A stretch of 64,000 nucleotides of DNA from an uncultured virus (IMG/VR IMGVR_UViG_3300032167_000098) (taxonomy: Duplodnaviria > Heunggongvirae > Uroviricota > Caudoviricetes), in IMG/VR virus record IMGVR_UViG_3300032167_000098, positions 1-64,000 of that record, one strand, 5' to 3'. How positions within the stretch are numbered: position 1 is the first letter of the stretch; each line of letters opens with the position of its first letter. A model generated the notes under the pieces. It worked only from the letters and a program-made list of their open reading frames with translations, was not told the origin of the DNA and did not search any database. Shown here piece by piece: positions 39,460-48,141 of this stretch. The position numbers and the translations under genes were made by a program.

Positions 39460-39975
39460 TTATTTTGCATACAGCGCATTGTTGACAATAGTGTATCCAT
39501 GTTTATATAACGATTCATCGCTATTGATTGTATCTCCTGTAAGGAGTTCATCGAGCAGCTCCCGAATCAATCTGACTTCATTCTTGATGATTATGTCAGG
39601 AGCGTCAAGAACAATGAGTTTTGATAATCTTATATTTCTGTTATATATGTTTGCGAGCAGCCGAGCTACATATGCAAATGAAATCATATCGTCATCATAT
39701 ATTCGGAGGACATCGTCTACGGGAATTTCATTGATACATACATCAGAGTAGTTATGCTCTTTTCTGAATTCGGCTACTTTCCGGTCAGCAAGCTCTCTGA
39801 AATCTTCATCGTGAGAAAAATATTCAAACACTGTATACTCCAGCTTTTCATCAGGCGTAAGCATTTTGTAATCAGTTTGTGTAAGCAGCATCTCAGCACA
39901 GTCTCTTTCGGTCATGTCCATATCAGATAGTGCGGACAGCGGAATAATCGATACAGGAAATTTGATGTTTTTCAT
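39460..39975 (-). CDS. Hypothetical protein inside the RNA array
   Basis: 171-aa ORF with an AAGGAG RBS. Confidence 0.65.
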   Translation of the reverse strand: MKNIKFPVSIIPLSALSDMDMTERDCAEMLLTQTDYKMLTPDEKLEYTVFEYFSHDEDFRELADRKVAEFRKEHNYSDVCINEIPVDDVLRIYDDDMISFAYVARLLANIYNRNIRLSKLIVLDAPDIIIKNEVRLIRELLDELLTGDTINSDESLYKHGYTIVNNALYAK

Positions 39976-40012
39976 TATTTGATACTATCTCCTTATTACT
40001 ATGAATATGCAG

Positions 40013-40084
40013 AGCTGGTGAATGGAGTCGAACCATCAATCCGTGCATTACAAGTGCACTGCTCTACCATTGAGCCACACCAGC
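40013..40084 (-). tRNA. tRNA-Thr(UGU)
   Basis: Cloverleaf; anticodon arm GUGCA-CUUGUAA-UGCAC. Confidence 0.9.
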
Positions 40085-40563
40085 AAATTAAATTGAACCT
40101 AAATGACGAATGCGGTTATTCCAGCCTCAACACACGACTATTGTGCGCACTCACGGTGTACTATAGCGGTTTCTGTGGAGTCTGCTTGCAATCAGACGTT
40201 ATCCACCATTTGCTCACTTCATTTAGATTCAAAGTGTAAGGACTAGCGAATCACCTTACTGTACCTATCTCCGCTTTCAAGGCTTTCGATTGCGCTCTAT
40301 TAGGTAGAATTACACAACACTTTTAATTCAGATTCCTGACTTGACTCAGCATGAGTATCTGAACACCTAATAGAGAAATCAATTTAATAAAAGTTACCGT
40401 CACTTTCGCTCGGATTGATTACCGCGTTTCCTGCCTCATGGCAGTCACTCTTGTTCTGTCTTTGCAGTTGAGTTACGTCTCCCTATCATGATTCCGTTTG
40501 ATCTGTCGGAGCAGCACGGAGATCGGTTAGCCTTGCTATTATTTCAAGCCAACAGTAACTTTT

Positions 40564-40640
<77 letters not shown>

Positions 40641-40756
40641 ATGAATTTGAAAGTTCAGTCCGCCTTTCAGCCATTCCAGTAAGGGCGATACACAGCTTAC
40701 AAGTCTCTGGCATCTGATACCTACGAGAGGTAACCATAACACGCGTTGTTATGTAT

Positions 40757-40875
40757 TATAGGCTGTTCTACACACATTTAACTACTTCTGTCCAGTTCGT
40801 CTACTAACCCAAGCGTCCTATCCAGCAACGCTCCCGATATTCGGACGGGCGTTCATCCGCATCGTAGCACCTACG
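40757..40875 (-). ncRNA. Unknown ncRNA family, copy C
   Basis: AGG-UGCUACGAUGC...CAGAAGU..UUAAAUG...GAACAG-CCU, homologous to the copies at 42948 and 44900. Confidence 0.65.
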
Positions 40876-40893
40876 TATTATATAACGATTCTA

Positions 40894-41274
40894 TTATTTA
40901 ACTATGTCCTTGCTCAACAGATGAAAACATAAGAATTCGTAATTTTTAATCAAATGTGTATTTGTCGACTCATCATACTCTATATAACCAGTACCGTAAG
41001 GTGTTAAATAATAATCAGACATCATAATATCTGCGATTGATTGCAAACTAGGTGATAGGACTGTCTCTGCAGACTTATTGTCATCGTTAAGATCCGTAAC
41101 AAACCCTAACCACTCACCTTCTCTACTGAATATATGTGTAGGATGCTCTTCAGATATCTGAGAAGCTAGAGATTTATAGAAATCTTTCGGATATGTCCAA
41201 CCTGATCTACGTTCGGTTTCAGTTGAGTTTAATGGCATCAATTGAAACGTGCATTTTACTTTCTCAGTACTCAT
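40894..41274 (-). CDS. Hypothetical protein
   Basis: 126-aa ORF with a GAGG RBS. Confidence 0.6.
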   Translation of the reverse strand: MSTEKVKCTFQLMPLNSTETERRSGWTYPKDFYKSLASQISEEHPTHIFSREGEWLGFVTDLNDDNKSAETVLSPSLQSIADIMMSDYYLTPYGTGYIEYDESTNTHLIKNYEFLCFHLLSKDIVK

Positions 41275-41284
41275 GTTGTACCTC

Positions 41285-41647
41285 TTACTTATCTAAATGA
41301 CACTTATAATGTTCACTGTGATCATATATGAGTGTTGGATCATCCCTTAAGCCGAATTCTGTTTTAATTCGAGGAATAAAGTTCTCAGAAATGTTCGGGT
41401 TCATATAGATAACAGCTCTGCCCTTGTTGTCGATATCAACACGGCCTCTTGGATAGTATTTGAAATTGTGTTTGCAGCCTTTCGGCTTGACGTAGGGCCA
41501 CAGTCTTTCGTGATTGTATGTGTTGCCGGACTTTGCGATTCCCTCGGTGTAATCATCTTCTACAAACGGGAACGCTAACAGCTCGTCATCTACTATCCAG
41601 AACACGCCGCGTCTCGTTTCTTTTGCAGCTGTTATCAATCTTTTCAT
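41285..41647 (-). CDS. Hypothetical protein with leader MKRLITAA
   Basis: 120 aa; contains GVFW, H..LW, YYPRGRV and D.S.HY.C. Confidence 0.7.
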   Translation of the reverse strand: MKRLITAAKETRRGVFWIVDDELLAFPFVEDDYTEGIAKSGNTYNHERLWPYVKPKGCKHNFKYYPRGRVDIDNKGRAVIYMNPNISENFIPRIKTEFGLRDDPTLIYDHSEHYKCHLDK

Positions 41648-42097
41648 AAGTTACGTCTTTCTCAATTTAAACACAATCAAATCATCTCAAGGCTACCACT
41701 CCGCATCTACTCGCAAGCTCTAAATAAGATACTCACTTGCTCCTAGCTCGAAAGCTTTTCCTACCTCCTCGAAGTTGGGCTGATATTTCGCCTACAGACC
41801 AGTTCTCTTAAGAGTTTACAACCGTGTCTCCCTTCGGTGAGCTCTTTCTTTCTCATCAATTCGGACTCTCGATCTCTGACCTTCGCTTACTATATAAACC
41901 TCGAGATGATTAACCACGGAACTTTTCACGCCTGCTCCTGCATCGTAGGTAGCATCCGTTTCAATTCTATAAACCCCAGCGTAGGGTGGCAATATATTTT
42001 GACATGCCGTACTCGTGCTACGCACATACCAGTGAATTTACGGTATATATCATTTCAACCGAAGGCTTCACCCTGCTAACTTAATGGGACTAATCCC

Positions 42098-42171
42098 TGG
42101 AGCAGATACGGAGAATCGAACTCCGACGATGAGATTGGAAATCTCAGGTTCTACCATTAAACTACATCTGC
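42098..42171 (-). tRNA. tRNA-Gly(UCC)
   Basis: Cloverleaf; UGAGA-UUUCCAA-UCUCA; U73 and CCA encoded. Confidence 0.9.
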
Positions 42172-42311
42172 ATATTGAATCTGAAGAAAGAATATAAGTT
42201 ATTCCTAATCAACACAACGACTATTAAAACGCACGTGCTCACGATGTATTATATAGGTTTCTCAAAGCCACTCTGCAGAGTGATATTTTTCGTCTCTCAA
42301 TCTTCAGATTT

Positions 42312-42439
42312 TGGTGCACTCTACAAGATTCGAACTTGTCTAAACTGTCTGTAGCTTCTTCTACATATCAGCTCTTAGTTTCAGGCATCAAGAAGTATTG
42401 CCTTAGACCTTAGTGTTCTTCCAAATGAACTAAGAGTGC
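42312..42439 (-). ncRNA. 128-nt tRNA-like RNA with an expanded anticodon domain
   Basis: Acceptor GCACUCU/AGAGUGC, D-arm GUUC/GAAC, T-arm ACAAG-UUCGAAU-CUUGU and ACCA end, with ~75 nt between the D and T arms. Confidence 0.75.
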
Positions 42440-42701
42440 AGAATTGAGCCTCAGGGCGTCCCCATGTTGGCTCAGTGACAGTTGTGGTGTTCAGTCACTT
42501 CGAGTCAGTAGACTGTCAACTACTTAGCACAACTTTTAAGGATGAAGTTTGTGCCTTATCATAACCGCCCGTGTCGTAGGTCGCCCGCCACCTTTTTTGA
42601 ACATGAGGCATGGAAGCTTCCTCAGCTAACAATGAGAGTCTAACTCATGTCTTCACCCCGAAGGGTCGCACTCCACGTTGTGCTATGTTAGCATATTAAG
42701 T

Positions 42702-42841
42702 TGATGCAGGTAAGGATTTCCACCTTACATGAGCAAGTCTAAGTACACGATTTGACATTTTGTGGAATTACACCTCTACGGGTACCGCAATCTTACTATC
42801 TCTACTCTTGTTCAAGCGTCTACGTATTCCGCCACTGCATC
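42702..42841 (-). ncRNA. 140-nt tRNA-Leu-like RNA with an expanded anticodon domain
   Basis: Acceptor GAUGCAG/CUGCAUC, Leu-type D-arm GGCGGAAUACGUAGACGC, T-arm GUAAGG-UGGAAAU-CCUUAC, and an insert closed by UGAACAAG/CUUGCUCA. Confidence 0.7.
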
Positions 42842-42947
42842 TGAGAGCCTAGACCTATATCACTCTCCGGTCCTCTGCAAGCTCTTTGAGGACTTTATCC
42901 GTTTCTGCGCGCATCCGACGAATACACTCGGACATTTCTAAATTGAA

Positions 42948-43068
42948 TTGTAGGCTGTTCATCAAACTCCATTTAACATGTACTGCTGCTCTATCCGATT
43001 TACGCTCAGGAACCTCCTGCATCTCGTCAAATACCGCTTACGATTCGGAAGCTTCGTAGCACCTACAA
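42948..43068 (-). ncRNA. Unknown ncRNA family, copy B
   Basis: UUGUAGG-UGCUACGAAGC...GCAGCAGU...UUAAAUGGAGUUUGAUGAACAG-CCUACAA. Confidence 0.7.
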
Positions 43069-43232
43069 CTCTTGTTGTTTCTTCCCTGTGTCGTAGAGAA
43101 CACACGCCTTTCACTGTAGTAGAAAAAGTAATTACTGCACGCTCGATTCTACCGTACTGACATAACGACCAAAAATGTTATGGAAATTTATTGGATCTCA
43201 GTAACTTGGAACGTCATTACCGAGAAGCGGTC

Positions 43233-43307
43233 TGGCTGAGGTAGCTGGATTTGAACCAGCGATGCAGGAGTCAAAGTCCTGTGTCTTGACCACTTGACTA
43301 TACCCCA
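43233..43307 (-). tRNA. tRNA-Gln(UUG)
   Basis: Cloverleaf with U1-A72; CAGGA-CUUUGAC-UCCUG; CCA encoded. Confidence 0.9.
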
Positions 43308-43326
43308 ATATTTTGCAAGATTATAA

Positions 43327-43502
43327 TGGTTGTGAAGGTTGGACTTGAACCAACTTAATAACGTGCCTACATGTTATCGGCGTTGTGATTTCAATCACTT
43401 CAAGAAGCAGTTTCTTACCTTACTCGAGATATTCTCAGTCTTACTTCTAACGTTGTCAGCGGAACATGCACCCGCCCGACTCGACCCTTCGCCTTCTTCA
43501 CT
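43327..43502 (-). ncRNA. 176-nt RNA with tRNA acceptor/T-arm/CCA and a ~140-nt non-tRNA body
   Basis: GUGAAG/CUUCAC acceptor, GUUGG-UUCAAGU-CCAAC T-arm and ACCA end; body closed by GGCG/CGCC. Confidence 0.65.
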
Positions 43503-43517
43503 ATATCTTTTTAAACT

Positions 43518-43586
43518 AGGATTGTGTGAGAGTCGAACTCACTCCTGCAGTTTCTGAGGCTGCTGTGCGCCGTACACCATCGCTCC
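43518..43586 (-). pseudogene. Degenerate tRNA (CAG anticodon, mispaired acceptor stem)
   Basis: Intact T-arm GUGAG-UUCGACU-CUCAC, short D-arm, loop CUCAGAA, three acceptor-stem mismatches and no CCA. Confidence 0.5.
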
Positions 43587-43656
43587 ATATAGATTGTACT
43601 TTCTTACTTACGTAGAAGAAACTTTTAAGAAGACGGATACATACTAAAAGCTTAAT

Positions 43657-44808
43657 ATGGAGTTGGCAGTCTTTCCCACTGACTGCCTGAGACTCTATCT
43701 CTCATCACAGTCCTCTGTCACATTACTGTGCTCTTCGGCTTTTACCTCCACTAACGGAGGCGAGAGTCTCCCTGACATCCTTAGTACTTGCACAATCTGG
43801 CTTCACTTAATAGGAACATCGCTACGTTTCAGGTATAAGTACCAACAGCTTCGCCTCCCTCCGCAGGGACTTCCTCTGGACTCAGACCAGACTTTCCACC
43901 ATTGAATACATACGATGCTATTCCATGTCGCATCCTATTTAAGTATATCGGAGTTTCACCGACACCTTACGAGAATCCGAACCCACCAATTCTCTGAGTA
44001 CTACTGGCTCGCTTTAGTAATGCGATGCCTGACTGTTCCGAAGTTCGTCCGCAACTGTCTGAGTTTAACGGGCTATTTCTCCTTACTGAATCCTGAGACT
44101 CGGATTGATTACCGAGGAGAGATTCAACGGCTCTTTTTGTGCCGAAGTCTCTATTAACCTTCGGCTAAATTCCTCTCTTCGAAAATCTCTGCGCAGATAA
44201 GAGGAATACTTTAGGATGTAGTGGCAACCTCACTTTACTATAATCCACTACGTTACTCGAAGTACCTCTCCGAATTTTTCGGCTTTCGCTAATCCAGTCT
44301 TACAACCTCGTACCTATTTACGGAGATACGCTGACCGAAGGTTTTAGTTAGAATAAGTGTAGCACCAACCTCATTTGTGAAACTTGCTACCTACGGAGAT
44401 ACTTTTGCGCATTTCACGCATCCATCACCGTTCTTAGATCACTATCGTGTCTAAAGGTTGTTGATCTTAACTGGTACCTGAACCCACGAGTACCTTGGCG
44501 TTGTTGCACGCGTGTCCATCATTCAAGATATAACGGGCGACGTCCTTCCCGATCACGTATCATCGCTTTGATCAGAAGCGACTTCGAGATCAGCACCACT
44601 ATTCATCTGAGGTAGATTTAATTCATCAACCACTTATCTGACTCTACGACCTTGTACTTCGGTGGTCATGCACCTTCAGATCTCACTTTATTTCGAGCCT
44701 GTGAGCAGGACTTGGTGTGGAGAGCCTTTCTGTAGATACTTTCATGTGACTTTTTCACCTTTAGAGCGTACTCGCGAATACGACATCTTCAAGCTTCTCT
44801 AACTCCAC
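43657..44808 (-). ncRNA. Candidate giant (~1.15 kb) structured non-coding RNA
   Basis: No - strand ORF in the track. The ends pair (GUGGAGUU/AACUCCAU), there are many nested long-range helices, and it starts right after the tRNA-Leu CCA. Confidence 0.65.
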
Positions 44809-44892
44809 TGGTGCACCTGGAGAGACTTGAACTCTCACCCATCTTGGACTGGACCCTAAAACCAGCGCGTCTGCCATTTCCGCCACAGATGC
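44809..44892 (-). tRNA. tRNA-Leu(UAG)
   Basis: Class II cloverleaf with a long variable arm; loop UUUAGGG; A73 and CCA encoded. Confidence 0.88.
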
Positions 44893-44899
44893 ATGTATT

Positions 44900-45008
44900 A
44901 TATCAGGCTGTTCATCCCACTCCATTTACCACTGCTGCTGCGTCCATTTACTCCGTTCCAGAAAGCTATTAAGGCGATCTGCGGTATAGGCTTCGTGGCA
45001 CCTGATAT
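44900..45008 (-). ncRNA. Unknown ncRNA family, copy A
   Basis: AUAUCAGG-UGCCACGAAGC...GCAGCAGUGGUAAAUGGAGUGGGAUGAACAG-CCUGAUAU. Confidence 0.7.
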
Positions 45009-45018
45009 ATTTGATTTT

Positions 45019-45086
45019 TACAAGTATATTATAAGCCCTACTGATTATGTCAGTATTATATATTTATTAAATTTTTATAAATTTTA
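45019..45086 (-). promoter_or_regulatory. 68-bp class E promoter element, copy 2 (heads the RNA array)
   Basis: Near-identical to 14828-14895. Confidence 0.75.
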
Positions 45087-45124
45087 GAGATAAATACTAA
45101 TAAAATCTGTATCTTTCTCAATTA

Positions 45125-45313
45125 TTAAAGGTCCAACGCAGATCTGATTGATGTCAATTGATTCTCAAATTCTTTCTGATACTTATCTCGTAAACAATTA
45201 AGTTCAGAAATGTACTGTGATCTTAATTCTTTGAATATGTCCATGGAATGTTTAAGTTCAACTGCTTTTTGAATCACTTCCGAATCGCATCCGATGATCT
45301 TGTATTCTGCCAC
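45125..45313 (-). CDS. Small hypothetical protein
   Basis: GTG start with an AGGAG RBS. Confidence 0.55.
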   Translation of the reverse strand: MAEYKIIGCDSEVIQKAVELKHSMDIFKELRSQYISELNCLRDKYQKEFENQLTSIRSALDL

Positions 45314-45332
45314 TTGAGTCTGTCTCCTACTG

Positions 45333-45713
45333 TTAATATCTTTGAATCAGTTCAAATCCGTGTTTATTGCAGACATCTTCGACTGCTGCTTTCTGACATA
45401 ACGCAATCGTTCTGAGATCTGAAGCTACTACGATTCCTTTAGCATCTAGTAATATATAACGATCTCGAGTGCTATTGTACAGCACGATATACTTAGAAAT
45501 CAAAGTAGAATTTCTGTAAGTCCGCATTGAAAAGAGACCTTTTTCAATTTTACTCTGGTCTGCCGGATCAAAATCAAGTACTGGAAATTTCTGATGTACT
45601 AAGATGCACTTTCCTTGTGCCGGAACTTCTTTCTGTAGATTTACAGAAGAGCCCATTAGTAACATGTATCGATCAGATCCTGTATCTTTTGCAAGTACTC
45701 TTTCGGGTGTCAT
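45333..45713 (-). CDS. Hypothetical protein
   Basis: 126 aa; AGGAG RBS. Confidence 0.6.
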   Translation of the reverse strand: MTPERVLAKDTGSDRYMLLMGSSVNLQKEVPAQGKCILVHQKFPVLDFDPADQSKIEKGLFSMRTYRNSTLISKYIVLYNSTRDRYILLDAKGIVVASDLRTIALCQKAAVEDVCNKHGFELIQRY

Positions 45714-45725
45714 AGTGTGTATCTC

Positions 45726-45905
45726 CTATATTCCTAATATATTGGCGAGTATCTGTTCTTTTCCATATACGCCATTATTGATAAGCTCATGTTTGAATCG
45801 TTCGTAGTCCTGCCAAGTTGCTTTTCGATGCTGTCGTTTCAGCTGTTCTTTGTACTTCTGAGCACGAGCTAATATTTCATCGGCAATAGTAGAATCTGAT
45901 AACAT
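45726..45905 (-). CDS. 59-aa hypothetical protein not in the ORF track
   Basis: Hand translation MLSDSTIADEILARAQKYKEQL...NILGI*; AGGAGG RBS. Confidence 0.55.
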   Translation of the reverse strand: MLSDSTIADEILARAQKYKEQLKRQHRKATWQDYERFKHELINNGVYGKEQILANILGI

Positions 45906-45908
45906 CTC

Positions 45909-47726
45909 TCATCCTCCTATTTCTATCATTTTAGCTTCAAGCTGCTCAAGTGTTGGAACTTTAACACCGGCAAATATCATCTGAATATCCTTCATATTCA
46001 ATAACGATTCGAAGACTTTGTCGATATTTATATCGTCAAGATGATCAAACGAGTCGTCTATCATAACAAGTTTCAGAGGACACTCGGCAAACTTGATGAT
46101 AGAAATGAGGAGAGCAAGATTAAACAAGCATTTCTCTCCAGAAGATAACATATCATAAGGGACATAACCTAAAGGGAAAGTTAGACCGTAAGAGAAACTA
46201 TTCGATTTACCTTCTGTAACAAACGTGATTGATACATCGTCACCGAAGAATTTTTGAATGATAGGTTTCATGTCGTTAATGAGTACGTCAAATGGATTTG
46301 TACCTGAATTGTGACTCTGTAATCCATTGACACTTGTGAGTTTGTCCCACACCTTATATGCATCTAACAGATTTGAAACCTCAAACTTCTGTTTGGTCAT
46401 TGTATCAATAAGATTTGTATACTGTTCATTTGCAATGACTTTCGCCTGCAGGTCAGACAGCTCAGCGAGTCTATTATTCCAGTAACTTACATCGATATCA
46501 AGATCTGTCAATCCTTCCGGCAGTTTCAGAAGAGTAGCTTTGAGTGCATCACGTCTTTCATATCTGTGTTTGATATCAAGCTGTTTAGCTGATGCTTCTT
46601 GAAACTTCGACGCGATGTCACGTCGAGATGTTTCAAAGTTGTTTAGATCTGAACTGCATTTATCGAATTCATCCTGCTTAGCTTTCAGCTGCATTCTAGT
46701 GTCTTCAATCATGTTACGAACGGATTCACACTCAGTCTTGGTATACGGGCAAACTCCAGAACTGTTAGCAACATCCGTCAACTTCAAAATATCAGCGCTA
46801 AGCTGATTATATTTAGTACGAAGCGGTTCAATTTCAGCGTCTATTTGTTTAGCTTGCACTGCAAGATCAGCTCGGGCAGACTCTAGCTCTACGTAGTACG
46901 GATCAAGTTCTGCAGTTTCGACAGTACCTGCATACTTACAGAGCTCTTCATTTACTTTAGCATTTGCAGACACTATTGCATTGTATTCAACTGCAACTTT
47001 CTGCTTAACACGAGCGTCTGTAATATCTTGTGCAAGTTGTAACTTATCTACACCGGCTGCGTCTTCATAGTAAATGAGAGACTGAACGGTGGATGTAATT
47101 CTCTGAAGTTCTGATTTTGTTACCGATGTGAGCATTTTGAATCGTTCGTTTGCACTACGGATTTCGTCTACACCTGATAGATTGAATCCGTTGATTGCAT
47201 CTATAGTTTCCGCTATATCCTTGTCCGATACTGTGATATTGTTTTCTTCGAGACACTGACGTAATTCTGTTTCCCAATCTGTATGGAACTCCGCTGACGG
47301 TAGGAAGTTAATGAACCAGTCTTTCAGCTTGTTTGCAGTCATACCGACAAACTCAGTGAAGTTGAATATCGGCAACTCTATGGATCTCAAAATGACTTCA
47401 ATATTGTATGAACCAGGCTGCACTGATATCGAAGGAAGAATGTTTGTTCCGGAACGTATCCATTCACGTGTGACTGTTACTTCAGTTCCGTTGTCATCCA
47501 GAAGAAGCGTGATGCTCAAGAGACGCGACGACGCATGTGCAAAGATAGCAGATTTATTCTTATCAGTTCCCGGAATGTATCCAAGAAGTGCAAGCTGAAT
47601 GGCTTGAAGCACTGTTGATTTGCCAGCACCATTCTGTCCATGCAGATAGTTGAAGTTCTGATCAAACTTATATGTCTTTCTGGCTACATTGTGCAGACCT
47701 TCAATTGTTACTGATTTGATATACAT
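45909..47726 (-). CDS. Rad50/SbcC-like SMC ATPase
   Basis: Walker A GQNGAGKST, coiled coil with a central CPY...C hook, signature LSSGE and Walker B VMIDD. Confidence 0.88.
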   Translation of the reverse strand: MYIKSVTIEGLHNVARKTYKFDQNFNYLHGQNGAGKSTVLQAIQLALLGYIPGTDKNKSAIFAHASSRLLSITLLLDDNGTEVTVTREWIRSGTNILPSISVQPGSYNIEVILRSIELPIFNFTEFVGMTANKLKDWFINFLPSAEFHTDWETELRQCLEENNITVSDKDIAETIDAINGFNLSGVDEIRSANERFKMLTSVTKSELQRITSTVQSLIYYEDAAGVDKLQLAQDITDARVKQKVAVEYNAIVSANAKVNEELCKYAGTVETAELDPYYVELESARADLAVQAKQIDAEIEPLRTKYNQLSADILKLTDVANSSGVCPYTKTECESVRNMIEDTRMQLKAKQDEFDKCSSDLNNFETSRRDIASKFQEASAKQLDIKHRYERRDALKATLLKLPEGLTDLDIDVSYWNNRLAELSDLQAKVIANEQYTNLIDTMTKQKFEVSNLLDAYKVWDKLTSVNGLQSHNSGTNPFDVLINDMKPIIQKFFGDDVSITFVTEGKSNSFSYGLTFPLGYVPYDMLSSGEKCLFNLALLISIIKFAECPLKLVMIDDSFDHLDDINIDKVFESLLNMKDIQMIFAGVKVPTLEQLEAKMIEIGG

Positions 47727-47778
47727 TTGTTTTACTCCTTATATTTATTTACATGTTCAATAACGATTCATGAAAAAC

Positions 47779-48141
47779 TTATCTAATACGTCTCCAGCGA
47801 CGTTGTTTCTGCATAAAGGAGAATTCATATGCATACATTCCTGGAATCAAAATATGAGGTTTCAATATTACTTGTCCTGACAACAATATGCTTTGAATCA
47901 AGTTTGGGAAATGTTCTATGATAACATGATCCTGGACTCGCTGTAGATCTGCGCTCTTTCGACGATGCACGTTAGGATATACGTTGGTATCAGGCAACAC
48001 AGATATCAGACATCTATCTTCATACTCTGCAATACTAACTACGATTGCAACTCTATTTCGCTTTGAATCTATATGATACGCAATACTGCGCAGCACATCA
48101 GCCGTCATTTTCGAATGATAATTGTTCTTGTTCATATTCAT
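47779..48141 (-). CDS. Hypothetical protein
   Basis: AGGAG RBS before MNMNK; overlaps the 3' end of the UvrD gene. Confidence 0.5.
   Translation of the reverse strand: MNMNKNNYHSKMTADVLRSIAYHIDSKRNRVAIVVSIAEYEDRCLISVLPDTNVYPNVHRRKSADLQRVQDHVIIEHFPNLIQSILLSGQVILKPHILIPGMYAYEFSFMQKQRRWRRIR

Noticed and set aside
42312..42439. Amber suppressor tRNA / TAG-recoded genome
   Set aside because: Genes are intact in code 11 and several end cleanly in TAG. The CUA reading needs an unproven excision and would leave no variable loop.
42525..42685. Hammerhead ribozyme (CUGAGGA at 42619-42625 on the - strand) or 6S RNA
   Set aside because: There is no GAAA core after a stem II. The 6S resemblance is only size and terminal pairing, so it is kept as an unassigned module.
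43339..44157. + strand ORFs of 72-82 aa in the RNA array (also 39979..40239, 40539..40742, 41816..42079, 42978..43160, 44893..45087)
   Set aside because: They have no RBS and atypical composition, and overlap tRNAs or structured RNA elements.
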